From Eledone cirrhosa (lineage: Eukaryota), in contig CAXHJY010001272.1 in NCBI GenBank assembly GCA_964016885.1, positions 1 to 28,616 on the forward strand: a stretch of DNA of 28,616 nt, read 5' to 3'. The position numbers and the translations under genes are program-made. The notes under the pieces are model-generated. The model saw only the letters and a program-made list of their open reading frames with translations. It searched no databases and was not told where the DNA came from. Shown piece by piece: positions 10,426 through 21,944 of this stretch; within the stretch, counting starts at the first letter, position 1, and each line of letters begins with the position of its first letter.

Positions 10426-13400
10426 ATGGCTGTGCTAAGAGTAGGGTGTCTAAATGCGCGTGGCCTGGGCTCGTCTTGGAAGCAAGCAATGCTTCTAAAT
10501 GACCTCAGGTCACAATCTATAAATGTGATGGTTATCTGCGAGGCCCGGATCAGCAGCATGCGACAGCTAGCCCCCACCTTTGACGACTTTGAGATGCACG
10601 CATCTCTCTGTCAGCCCGGAGGTGGGGGTGGGGTTGTCGTTCTGCTGCAAAAACATATGGGCCTTGCAACACAGATAGTTCACTTGGACCCAGGGGGTCG
10701 ACTGGTGGTGCTGGACCTTGGCAGTGGTGAAGGTAGAGCCCTTAGGCTGATAGCCGCATATGCCCCTTTTGGGACAGAGCGGCCCGACTTTTTCCAGCGT
10801 CTGGAGTCTTTTCTTGGGACGTCCCGTTCCCTGCTTTTAGTGGGGGATTGGAATGGTATCCTGGATGCACGTTGGGACTATGCAGGGGCATGTCCCGATA
10901 GAGAGGGGTGCAACAGCCTCAAGGGGTTACTCGGCCGATTTGACCTGGCCGATAGATTTCGACTAGATTTTCCGACGGTGCCAACCTGGTCTTGGTCAAA
11001 TCGCAGCGGATCATCTAGATCGTACCTAGATAGATTTTTAGTTAGAAATAAGGACAGGGACTTTTTAAGTTGTCCAGAAATGCTCATGGTTGGCTATTCA
11101 GACCACAAGTTGGTGACCTGCATGGTCAACCTTGATAGAACGCATAGACAGGGCCCCGGTTACTGGAAGCTCAACTTGTCCTTGCCGGCAAGTAGAGCCT
11201 ACAGGAATCGGATTAGTACGTTAGTTAAGGAACGGTTGACTGGAGCGATCGTCAACAGCAGGTGGTGGGTATCTCTAAAGAGAGAGATTAGAGTAGTCTC
11301 GATTGAATTTAGTAAGGTTCTAGCTGCGGATAGGAATAGGAAGGAAAGGGAGCTAATAGATAGAGTAGAAGAGGCAATTAGAAGCGGCGACGTGGCCAGA
11401 GTGCTAGCGTCGAGAACGGCTTTGAGCCAGTTTTTCGACGCGAAGCACGAAGGCTGCGTTGTCCGAAGTAAAATACGTGCTCTAGGGAACGAGGGGGCCA
11501 AAGCTGTTAGCTGGGCCCGCGTGACAGAGGCCAACAGTGGAACTAAATCCACCATCCGGTCTTTGCGAGACCTGGATGGACGGGCGATTCTTGAGCCTAA
11601 GCAGATGTGTGAGGCCTTTCAAAGGCACTTTGCCCGACTGTTCGGGAGGGGCGGGGAGCCGGTTGGAAACGTGGACTTCGGTCCATACCTCGACGGCCTG
11701 CCGCGCCTCTCGGACAGGGAGGCGAAGTCTTGCGAGGAGCCGATTTCGGCCGCTGAGATAGAGGACGTGCTGGGCCAATGCGGCAAACGCAAATCCCCGG
11801 GTCTCGATGGTCTTCCTTACGAATTATATCTAGCTATGCCGGACTTGTTCCCCGATCTCCTCGAGGCGGTCTACTGCAACTGGCAACAGAACGGGAGAAT
11901 TCCCTGTACTGTGACCAAGGGCGTAGTCACGCTAGTGAGGAAGGACGAGAACAAGGGGGACGAAATAAGTAACTTCAGGCCCATAACTCTGCTAAATACA
12001 GAGTTACAGATTTTGGCCAAGGTGCTAGCAAAGAGGTTGGCGCTTGTCGTGGGCAACCTGGTGGGAGATGCGCAGACATGCGCTATCCCGTCCAGGTCCA
12101 TCCATGACAACCTCCACCTCATGCGATACATCATAGAGAGGGTTGGGAACGAACCCGGCTTTGGTGGGGCTCTGATCAACTTGGATCAATCTAAGGCGTT
12201 CGATAGGGTCGACCATGGTTACCTGAATGCGGTGCTAGCGGCGGCAGGCTTCGGACCCGTTTTCAGGGGCTGGATCACTGCTATGCACAGCAGCCGCATC
12301 TGCTCTAGGGTCAAGGTGAACGGCTACCTTTCGGAGCCGTTCAAAATCGCGCGGTCCATCCGACAAGGGTGCCCTCTCTCCTCCCTTCTGTATGTGTTGA
12401 CTCTCGAGCCACTACTGCGGAAGTTGGAGTTGTTGCAGGGCATCCCTTTGGAACCGGGATTGCGGAAAGCGGTGTCGGCCTACGCCGATGATGTGACAGT
12501 AATGGTGTCGACGGCCTCCGAAATCGAGGCGGTCGGCACCTTACTGGAGGAGTACGAAAAGTTCACAGGGGCTAAGCTGAACCGGGACAAGTCGATCGGT
12601 TTGCAACTCGGCACGTGGAGGGGCAGACCGATGCCCTCCGATGGCGTCGTCGGACGCTGGACGGAGGGCCCGGTGAAGTTGCTCGGGGTCTGGTTCGGAC
12701 CGGACCTCCAGGTGGAGAAAAACTGGGCGGAGGTTACGAACAGGGTGTTTGCACTGACCCAGAAGTGGGCCAGTTGCAAACTATCCCTGAAAGGTCGGGC
12801 GGAGGTGGCGAACACTTATATAGCGTCCGTCATCTACTACCGCCTGACCGTAGTGCCCTGCCCAAGGGAAACCCTCACCAAGATGGAGCGCGCGGTCTTC
12901 CAATTCCTTTGGAAGGGGCGGGCTCCTATGGTGAGGAGATCCATCTGCTGTCAACACCCTTCGAAAGGAGGGCTGGGGATGCCGTGGCTAATGATGCGTA
13001 AACACGCATTAAGGCTACGGCACCTCTACGTATTCCTCACCGGACAACCGGTGTGGGCCTCGTTTGTGAGACGAACCTTTCCCAGACTCGTCTCACTCAC
13101 CGAGCTGCAATCCTGGGTCAAGCAAAGACCGAGAAAACTGGGCGCCTGGCACACTGAGTGTGCCCAGGCGCTCACCGCCCTCTGGCAGGCGGATCCGGTT
13201 ATCAGTGGAGACTCCACCGCAACATTCTATAGAGGGCTGGTACGCAGCAGGTGCGACGACGCCCTCGGAGAAGCCCTAGACATGGAGGAGGACGAACTGG
13301 CCAGCCTGTTCGGTAGGACATTCAGCCCGGGACCTATGGACAACTTCCAGAAGTCCCTGGCCTGGCAGTGCTACCGAGGGGCTTTACCCGTTCGAGAAAG

Positions 13401-13863
13401 GCTCTACAGACACGGGCGCCCGGGTAGGGACCCCGCCAAAAAGATCTGTCCCAGATGCGTGTGCGACGAGGAAACCGTTGCACACGCATTGGTACACTGC
13501 TCGGGCGTAGCCGATCTGTGGGGCTATGTCGAACAACTGCTGTCAAGGGTGGGACCGATCCGGTTGACCACCGAGTCTATTGTAATGATCAAGCCGCCTC
13601 CCCCCTTCAAAGATGAAGCAGAGGCGGTGTTTCTGTGCGTAATAGCCATGGCGAAAGAGGTTGTATGGTGGACGCGTCTGAAAGGACTGAGGTCAGGCAC
13701 CTTTCTCTCTGGCCAACAACTGGTCCGTTTCTTCCGATATCATTTCGGAAGAAGGATCAGGATGGAGAGAGAGGTGCTGCACCCCAGTCGTTTTTATGAA
13801 AGGTGGGTGAAAGTGGCGAGAATGGCCCGTGTGAATGGGCCTTCTTTTTACATAAGCCTGTAG
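10426..13863 (+). CDS. LINE ORF2p: AP-endonuclease, reverse transcriptase and C-terminal CCHC zinc finger (~1145 aa from ATG 10426)
   Basis: APE motifs CLNARGL, ICE, AYAP, GDWN, LDRF, SDH; Tx1/L1-type GPGYWKLN; RT motifs KSPGLDGLP, FRPITLLN, DQSKAFDRVDH, RQGCPLS, YADD (12481-12492); GGLG; CPRC-x8-H-x4-C. No stops or frameshifts. Confidence 0.97.
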   Translation: MAVLRVGCLNARGLGSSWKQAMLLNDLRSQSINVMVICEARISSMRQLAPTFDDFEMHASLCQPGGGGGVVVLLQKHMGLATQIVHLDPGGRLVVLDLGSGEGRALRLIAAYAPFGTERPDFFQRLESFLGTSRSLLLVGDWNGILDARWDYAGACPDREGCNSLKGLLGRFDLADRFRLDFPTVPTWSWSNRSGSSRSYLDRFLVRNKDRDFLSCPEMLMVGYSDHKLVTCMVNLDRTHRQGPGYWKLNLSLPASRAYRNRISTLVKERLTGAIVNSRWWVSLKREIRVVSIEFSKVLAADRNRKERELIDRVEEAIRSGDVARVLASRTALSQFFDAKHEGCVVRSKIRALGNEGAKAVSWARVTEANSGTKSTIRSLRDLDGRAILEPKQMCEAFQRHFARLFGRGGEPVGNVDFGPYLDGLPRLSDREAKSCEEPISAAEIEDVLGQCGKRKSPGLDGLPYELYLAMPDLFPDLLEAVYCNWQQNGRIPCTVTKGVVTLVRKDENKGDEISNFRPITLLNTELQILAKVLAKRLALVVGNLVGDAQTCAIPSRSIHDNLHLMRYIIERVGNEPGFGGALINLDQSKAFDRVDHGYLNAVLAAAGFGPVFRGWITAMHSSRICSRVKVNGYLSEPFKIARSIRQGCPLSSLLYVLTLEPLLRKLELLQGIPLEPGLRKAVSAYADDVTVMVSTASEIEAVGTLLEEYEKFTGAKLNRDKSIGLQLGTWRGRPMPSDGVVGRWTEGPVKLLGVWFGPDLQVEKNWAEVTNRVFALTQKWASCKLSLKGRAEVANTYIASVIYYRLTVVPCPRETLTKMERAVFQFLWKGRAPMVRRSICCQHPSKGGLGMPWLMMRKHALRLRHLYVFLTGQPVWASFVRRTFPRLVSLTELQSWVKQRPRKLGAWHTECAQALTALWQADPVISGDSTATFYRGLVRSRCDDALGEALDMEEDELASLFGRTFSPGPMDNFQKSLAWQCYRGALPVRERLYRHGRPGRDPAKKICPRCVCDEETVAHALVHCSGVADLWGYVEQLLSRVGPIRLTTESIVMIKPPPPFKDEAEAVFLCVIAMAKEVVWWTRLKGLRSGTFLSGQQLVRFFRYHFGRRIRMEREVLHPSRFYERWVKVARMARVNGPSFYISL

Positions 13864-14113
13864 GTGGAAAAGAGGAAGGAACGAGGGAGCACCCCCTCTC
13901 TGTGCTCCTGAGGAAAAGGGTTGCACACTTTTTTCGGGGGTGTGTGCGACCCCCCAAGGCGCCTCCTCTCTATTGAGGATTTTGTTAAAAATTTTATTTT
14001 TGTTATATCTTATTTTATTTTTATATTTTGTTATTGCCTCCTCCTTATTGAGGACGCCTTTTTGTGTAAACTCCCCCCTTTGTACTTGTCCCACTTTTGA
14101 TGCCCTAGTGGCA

Positions 14114-14119
14114 AATAAA
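14114..14119 (+). promoter_or_regulatory. Polyadenylation signal AATAAA at the LINE 3' end (homologous signal at 8262-8267)
   Basis: Conserved in both copies, 6-7 nt before the (TATC)n junction. Confidence 0.6.
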
Positions 14120-14125
14120 AGAAAC

Positions 14126-14171
<46 letters not shown>

Positions 14172-14280
14172 GACTCTGTTTACCATTCTCTCTGGTCTGT
14201 AGGTTTCTATTTGCATAGTAAATTGCTTCAGTTCTGTTTGATTCACCCCGTCCCTAAGACAGCCTCCTTTTCTACAACTA

Positions 14281-14311
<31 letters not shown>

Positions 14312-14539
14312 ACACACCGTCCCTCTCTCTCTCTCTCTCACTCTCTCTCTCTCTTGCACTCTTTTATTCTCATTCTCTTACTCACCCTCTCATCAATTGT
14401 CATCCCTATTCCTCTCCCTGTTTCCCTTTACCTCTTCCTACAACCCTCTCACATCCTCATTCTACTCTCCTCATACCACTCCTGTATATTTATTTCTGCT
14501 TCCTCAATCTGTTTCGGTCTATCTGTCTCTGTTTGCATG

Positions 14540-15010
14540 AACGGGTGGATGGATGGCTGGTTGGCAGGGTGGATGGCTGGCTGGCAGGGTGGATGGATGG
14601 CTGGCAGGGTGGCTGGCTGGTTGGGTGGCTGGCTGGCTGACAGGGTGGCTGGCTGGCTGGCAGGGTGGCTGGCTGGCTGGCAGTTGGATGGCTGGCTGGC
14701 AGGGTGGATGGCTGGCTGGCAGGGTGGATGGTTGGCTGGCAGGGTGGCTGGCTGGCTGGCAGTTCGATGGCTGGCTGGCAGGGTGGATGGCTGGCTGGCA
14801 GGGTGGATGGCTGGCTGAAAGGGTGGATGGTTGGCTGGCAGGGTGGATGGCTGGCTGAAAGGGTGGATGGTTGGCTGGCAGGGTGGATGGCTGGCTGAAA
14901 GGGTGGATGGTTGGCTGGCAGGATGGCTGGCTGGCTGGCAGGGTGGCTGGCTGGCTGGCAGTTGGATGGCTAGCTGGCAGGGTGGATGGCTGGCAGGGTG
15001 GATGGATTGG
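14540..15010. repeat. G-rich (TGGC/TGGA)-derived ~20-bp minisatellite (GGCAGGGTGGATGGCTGGCT)
   Basis: Visible tandem units. Confidence 0.9.
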
Positions 15011-15163
15011 TGGAAAGATGGGTATATAGAAGATTCATTGCCAGAAGACCAACTACAATAGTTGCTGCTGTTAATTTTTTGTTGTTACGTATTTGTTGTT
15101 GTTGTTGTTTTCCTTTGTTTTTGTTTGATAGTTTATGTCTCGTCCCTTTCTCCTACATGCACA

Positions 15164-15195
<32 letters not shown>

Positions 15196-15368
15196 TTCAC
15201 ACACACACATACATACATACATACATACATACATACATACATACATACATACATACACACATACACACAGATACACACACACACACACATTCACACACAC
15301 ACACACACATACACACATACATACATACATACATACACACATACACATACACATACATACACACACAA

Positions 15369-15405
<37 letters not shown>

Positions 15406-15879
15406 CACACACACCCATACACACACAAATATATGTCTCTCCATTCACCTATTTCTCCACCTCTGTCGTTTTGGTTCTCTACGGTCTCTCTACTCTACCC
15501 CCCCTCTCTCTCTCTCTCTCTCAGTCTTTCTCTCCTCTCCCCCTCTCTCTCATCTCTCCCTCTCTCTCAGTCTTTCTCTCTCTCTGTTTATGTTCTTAGT
15601 ACAGGTAGGATGTTCTTCATATCTTGGCTTTATTCTTACTTTTTCTTTTCCACTCTGTCACCCATTCTACGCCCCCCCCACCATTATCCCCTCCACCATC
15701 ATAGTCATCATCATCCCCATCATCATCATCATCATCAACGTAGTCATCATCATTATCACCATCCCCACCCTCACCATCACGATCATCATCGGCATCGTCC
15801 TCATCACCACTACCTCCACCACCACAACCACCGCCACCAATACCACCGCCACCTTCAACACCATCGCCACCGCCACCAC

Positions 15880-16660
15880 CATCACCACCATCAGCACGAC
15901 GATCAACTCCAACACTACCACCAGACCATCACCACCACCACCACCACCACCACTACTACCACAGCCACCACAAACATTACCACCATCAATACAAACCACC
16001 ACCACCACCACCACCAACACCACCACCACCGCCAACACCACCATCAGCACGACGATCAACTCCAACACTACCACCAGACCATCACCACCACCACCACCAC
16101 CACTACTACCACAGCCACCACAAACATTACCACCATCAATACAAACCACCACCACCACCACCACCAACACCACCACCACCGCCAACACCACCATCAGCAC
16201 GACGATCAACTCCAACACTACCACCAGACCATCACCACCACCACCACCACTACTACCACAGCCACCACAAACATTACCACCATCAATACAAACCACCACC
16301 ACCACCACCACCAACACCACCACTACTACCACAGCCACCACAAACATTACCACCATCAATACAAACCACCATCACCACCACCACCACCACCACCACCATC
16401 ACCACGGCCACCACAAACATTACCACCATCAATACAAACGACCACCACCACCACCACCACCACCAACACCACCATCAGCACGACGATCAACTCCAACACT
16501 ACCACCAGACCATCACCACCACCACCACCACCACCACCACTACTACCACAGCCACCACAAACATTACCACCATCAATACAAACCACCACCACCAATACCA
16601 CCAACACCACCATCACCACCACCACCACTACCACGGCCACCACAAACATCAGCATCATCA
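15880..16660. repeat. (ACC)-derived ~150-bp minisatellite
   Basis: CAGCACGACGATCAACTCC at 15892, 16045, 16195 and 16476, with repeated CCACAAACATTACCACCATCAATACAAAC. Confidence 0.9.
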
Positions 16661-17077
16661 ATACAACCCCCCCCCCACCCACATTATCACCGTCAACGTA
16701 ATCATCATCATCATCGTTTTCTTTCTCCGCTATCATATTTCTCACCAGCTCCATTTATTCTTCTTTTTACCACAATTCAATATTTCTGTTATGGCGGGAT
16801 GTTACTTATACCTTTCTCTCTGCCTCTCTTTTCTTTTACTTTTTTCGTCTCACTCTCTATCACTGATTCTCTCAACATTTCTCTCACTTTCTTTCTTTCC
16901 TTTTTTCTTTCTATCTATTTATCTTTATTTTTTCTTTCTTTCTCTCCTTCTTTTCCTTGCACTCTTTCTCTCATTCGTTCTCCCATTAACACATTTCTTT
17001 TTCTCTATATAGTGTCTCTTCAATGTATTTCATTCTTATCATTTCCTTATTCAATCAATAAATATATCAATCAGTTA

Positions 17078-17174
<97 letters not shown>

Positions 17175-17186
17175 ACTACCTACCTA

Positions 17187-17242
<56 letters not shown>
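17078..17242. repeat. (TATC)n then (TA)n microsatellite, with no LINE insertion
   Basis: Direct reading. Confidence 0.95.
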
Positions 17243-17247
<5 letters not shown>

Positions 17248-17507
17248 ATACTTGGGGAGGGTCATATTTGCGTAATATTGCCAGAATTAATAACAGAACA
17301 CACTCACTGTTTGGTTGGTTTTCGCTTCTCGCTGTCTTTTATATCTGCGATCTAACTTAATCGGTCCTCAATGTTGCCATTGACTGACCGACGGTCAAAA
17401 ATAATACAGATACAATATAGACACAAACACATATATATAGTTTACATAATTTACATAAATCTTTCGTTGCACATCTGCAACATCCTCGCTAAACTAATTC
17501 ATCGCCG

Positions 17508-17556
<49 letters not shown>

Positions 17557-18198
17557 CTATCCATCTATATCTATTCCCCACCTCTTTCTATGTTCGAGGG
17601 TTCGTTCTTTCGTAATACGAAATCAGACTTAATTAACTTCATATACATATATGTGTGTGTATGCATATATATCTGTACATATATATATATGTATATACAT
17701 ATTCATATATATCTATATCCATGTGTGTGTGAGAGAGAGTATATATATATATATATATATACAATATGATTTGTATACAATATATATATACAATATGATA
17801 TATACAATATATATATACAATATGATATATATACAATATGATTTGTTTTTATTGATTTATTATCTTAAATCGAGACAGGCAAAATGTATTATTATTATTA
17901 GTATATTTCAATCTAGCTAACCTGGTCATTTACAATACAAACATGAATATGTTGGTATTTGTGTTTATCAAATATATTAATTTATATTAACTTGTATTAC
18001 ACGGCTCAGAAATACTTCTTTCTTTGAGCTATTTCATTGTAAAGGACTGCCTGAGCTTTGAACTCATTATTATTGATAGTATATATATATATATTTTTAC
18101 CTCTCTGGTCCTTTACACCACTTGCCCTAAATTCCTCTCTTTCTCCTTCCCATATTTCTCTCTTCCATCTCTCTCTCCTCTCTCTCCTCTCTCTCCTC

Positions 18199-18269
18199 TG
18201 TTTTATCTGATGAAAACACAAATATTATTGCTTGATGATGTTTGTTTTTGAAATGCGCATAATAAAATA
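18199..18269 (+). ncRNA. Minimal type I hammerhead ribozyme motif, intact core
   Basis: Stem I TGTTTTAT/ATAAAATA; CTGATGA 18207-18213; ~16-bp stem II 18214-18249; GAAA 18250-18253; palindromic stem III TGCGCA; AUA cleavage triplet. Confidence 0.8.
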
Positions 18270-18299
18270 TATGGAACTCCTTTAACCATCTTTTGATCT

Positions 18300-18346
<47 letters not shown>

Positions 18347-18657
18347 CGCTTCTATTGTAGAAATTGAAAATATGTTTAAAGACAAAGCTTTGGAACTGCA
18401 CATGTCTATAGTCTTAACAGATAGATGGCGCTTATGATCGAATTCATACAGAAATATGATTTCTCCTTTAGTATAGGGATGAGCTCAGTAAAATTAGTCA
18501 CTCGACCAAGGGCGACATAGAGCTATAATAACAACAATAAAAGTAATATGTTAGTAGTGCAATATCGTACATCGTACCCCACATCGCTTTCTTTTAGCTT
18601 TTTATTCAGCCCTTTGTAGCTTACTGCAATGTGTAACAATGCGTCACGGAAACCAGC

Positions 18658-18715
18658 CCCTTTCTACATGGGCTGACGAAGTGTATAGGAGCAGAAACAT
18701 AGATGTCCCCGAAGG
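18658..18715 (+). ncRNA. Type I hammerhead ribozyme motif, intact core with weak stem II
   Basis: GGG-CTGACGA(18673-18679)-short stem II-GAAA(18694-18697)-CAT AG ATG-TC-CCC; GUC triplet; stem I can extend CCTTT/GAAGG past a bulge. Confidence 0.65.
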
Positions 18716-19285
18716 TAACTGTAACTTGAATAATATACGTGTATATTATTTACATAGAAATAACTATAACCCATAGTTCATGGTGATAGAAACAATTAAT
18801 TTCTAATTAGTTGTGGAACACTCTAATTTCGATTATAGATATTAAGATGTGATTTATAGAGGTTAATATCTGACAAGTTATCATATATATGTGTGTGTGC
18901 GTGTGTAAAGAGAAAGAGAAGGCGAAGGAAAGAGAGAGAGAGAGAGAGATAAAGAGATACGTAAACATCCAGAACTCCGACTTTCATATTATGTTTCTCT
19001 CTCTCTTTCTCACTCTAAAAATCTCACTGTCCACTCCGCCTTCTCATTCTATGTCTCACACACATAAACATACACACTCTCTCTCTCACAGACACTCTCC
19101 CTCTCTCACACACACACACACTTGCTCTCCTCTCTCTCTCTCTTTCTCTTTCTCTCTCTCTTCCATAGATCACAAAACATCAAACAATTGCTTTTTTACC
19201 TCTCTGGTCCTTTACACCACTTGCCCTAAATTCCTCTCTTTCTCCTTCCCATATTTCTCTCTTCCATCTCTCTCTCCTCTCTCTC

Positions 19286-19319
<34 letters not shown>

Positions 19320-19356
19320 CCAATCCTCTCTCTCTTTCTCTCTCTTTCTCTCTCTT

Positions 19357-19387
<31 letters not shown>

Positions 19388-19712
19388 CTCTCTTATCTTT
19401 TTCGGTCAATGGCATCATTCTGACATGAATCAAACACCGTTGCCACCATCTATACCACCATAAACATAACTCCCATCACCACCACCACCACCACCACCAC
19501 CATCACCACCACCACCACCACCATCATCATCATCATCTTCACCGTCATAAACAACACGACCTCCACCACCACCACCACCACCAACAACAACACTATAATC
19601 ACATACACCACAGTCGCCACCGGCATCGCCATCACCATCACCAATTCCGCAATCAATTCCACCACCACCCCTAACACTTCCCACCACTACCACCACCATC
19701 ATCGCCACTTCC

Positions 19713-19746
<34 letters not shown>

Positions 19747-20087
19747 TTAGCACTGCTATGCTGTGCTCAGTGAGTTCCATTAAGTCGACCCAAGGGAGAT
19801 AAGGCGAGAGACCTCAATACACTTTGAAACTATATGCTTGTTGTGTTCGATACATTCAGCAAGGCCATCTCCACCACCACCATTGCCACTAGCCTTGATT
19901 ACCTACCTACCTATACACCACCCATTGCCAGCACAGATTGATTTCACCTTAAACAATGATATATTACTGACTAATCTCTTATTTGTTTTTGTTGTTTTTC
20001 GTGTTTTCTCCCGGCGCCATGATGCCGTCATGGTGTTAGTGTTGCAGTTATTGTTGTTGTCCTGGTAGTGGTAGTGGTGGTAGTGGT

Positions 20088-21365
20088 GGTGGTTGAGCTG
20101 GAGACAATGGTGGCAGTTGTTATTGTTTTTTGTTGTGGTTGTGTTGTATGATGGTGATGGTGATGATGATGGTGATGGTGATGATGATGGTGATGGTGAT
20201 GGTGATGGTGATGTTGATGGTGGTTGATCTGGTGACAATGGTGGCAGTTGTTATTGTTTTTTGTTGTGGTTGTGTTGTATGGTGGTGATGGTGATGATGA
20301 TGGTGATGGTGATGGTGATGGTGATGTTGATGGTGGTTGATCTGGTGACAATGGTGGCAGTTGTTATTGTTTTTTGTTGTGGTTGTGTTGTATGGTGGTG
20401 ATGGTGATGGTGATGGTGATGGTGATGGTGATGGTGATGTTGATGGTGGTTGATCTGGTGACAATGGTGGCAGTTGTTATTGTTTTTTGTTGTGGTTGTG
20501 TTGTATGGTGGTGATGGTGATGATGATGGTGATGGTGATGATGATGGTGATGGTGATGATGATGATGGTGATGGTGATGATGATGGTGATGTTAATGGTG
20601 ATGATGATGGTGATGGTGGTTGAGCTGGACACAATGGTGGCAGTTGTTATTGTTTTTTGTTGTGGTTGTGTTGTATGATGGTGATGGTGATGATGATGGT
20701 GATGGTGATGATGATGGTGATGTTAATGGTGATGATGATGATGATGGTGGTTGAGCTGGAGACAATGGTGGCAGTTATTATTGTTTTTTGTTGTGGTTGT
20801 GTTGTATGATGGTGATGATGATGGTGATGGTGATGGTGATGGTGATGGTGATGGTGATGGTGGTTGATCTGGTGACAATGGTGGCAGTTGTTATTGTTTT
20901 TTGTTGTGGTTGTGTTGTATGATGGTGATGATGATGGTGATGGTGATGGTGATGGTGATGGTGATGGTGATGGTGATGGTGATGGTGATAGTGGTTGATC
21001 TGGTGACAATGGTGGCAGTTGTTATTGTTTTTTGTTGTGGTTGTGTTGTATGATGGTGATGGTGATGGTGATGGTGATGGTGATGGTGATGGTGATGATG
21101 ATGGTGATGGTGGTTGAGCTGGAGACAATGGTGGCAGTTGTTATTGTTTTTTGTTGTGGTTGTGTTGTATGATGGTGATGATGATGGTGATGGTGATGAT
21201 GATGGTGATGGTGATGGTGATGGTGATGGTGATGATTATGATGATGGTGATGGTGATGATGATGGTGATGGTGATGATGATGGTGATGGTGGTTGATCTG
21301 GAGACAATGGTGGCAGTTATTATTGTTTTTTGCTGTGGTTGTGTTGTATGATGGTGATGGTGATG
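20088..21365. repeat. Compound minisatellite: ~60-bp constant block alternating with variable-length (GATGGT/GAT)n, 10 units
   Basis: CAATGGTGGCAGTT occurs 10 times between 20105 and ~21320. Confidence 0.92.
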
Positions 21366-21826
21366 TTGATGTTGATGGTGATGGTGATGTTGATTGTAAT
21401 GGTGGCGGTTGTCTATGTTATTGGGGTAATGGTAGAGGTAGTAGCTGTTATCGTTAATGATATTTTTGTGGTATTAGTAATGGCGTCTGTCTTTGTGGTT
21501 GTGGTTGTGGTAGTTGTAAAAGTTATTGTTTTTGTTGTGGCGATGGTGCTTATGATGCTCCATTATCTTGTTGTCACAAATATTGCAGTCTTTGACGATG
21601 GTTGTTGTGGTTATTGTAGTATTACTTGGCAGGCTGTTGTGCATGCTCTTGTTGTTGATGTTGTTTTTACTGCTGTTGTTATGGTTAATGTTACTGCTGC
21701 TGCTGATGATGATAATGATGATGATGTTGATGGTGATGATGATGATGCTAGTGGTGATGGTAGTGATGATAATGCAGAAAAAGAAGAAGAAGAAGAAGAA
21801 GAAGAATATAATGATGATGACGGTGG

Positions 21827-21873
<47 letters not shown>

Positions 21874-21944
21874 GTGGTTTCGCTGGCGGTGGTGGATCCT
21901 AAAACGAGTAATGATGCTATTACTGCTTTTGTTATTGTTGTTTA

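Larger units (their letters stand above)
8321..14126 (+). mobile_element. Full-length L1/Tx1-clade non-LTR retrotransposon (5' UTR, ORF1, ORF2, 3' UTR) embedded in (TATC)n
   Basis: Two long uninterrupted ORFs with gag-knuckle and APE-RT-CCHC motifs; AATAAA at 14114-14119; flanked by (TATC)n at 8274-8318 and 14127-14171. The 5' boundary is approximate by a few bp. Confidence 0.95.
18094..19298 (+). repeat. ~105-bp exact direct duplication (18094-18199 and 19193-19298)
   Basis: TTTTTACCTCTCTGGTCCTTTACACCACTTGCCCTAAATTCC... is identical at 1099-bp offset. Confidence 0.9.

Noticed and set aside
13908-13914. CTGAGGA hammerhead core in the LINE 3' UTR
   Set aside because: No properly placed GAAA, stem III or NUH, and the motif is not conserved in the 8020-8273 copy.
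8643-14094. Antisense and alternative-frame ORFs inside the LINE
   Set aside because: Shadows of ORF1/ORF2 with no recognisable motifs.
14986-17275. 571-aa and 737-aa His/Thr/Pro-rich ORFs
   Set aside because: Open in several frames because the (ACC)/(CA)/(TATC) repeats lack stops; no domain or splice evidence.
20088-21365. Constant repeat plus variable 'spacer' array
   Set aside because: The variable parts are only length variants of (GATGGT/GAT)n, so this is a compound minisatellite.
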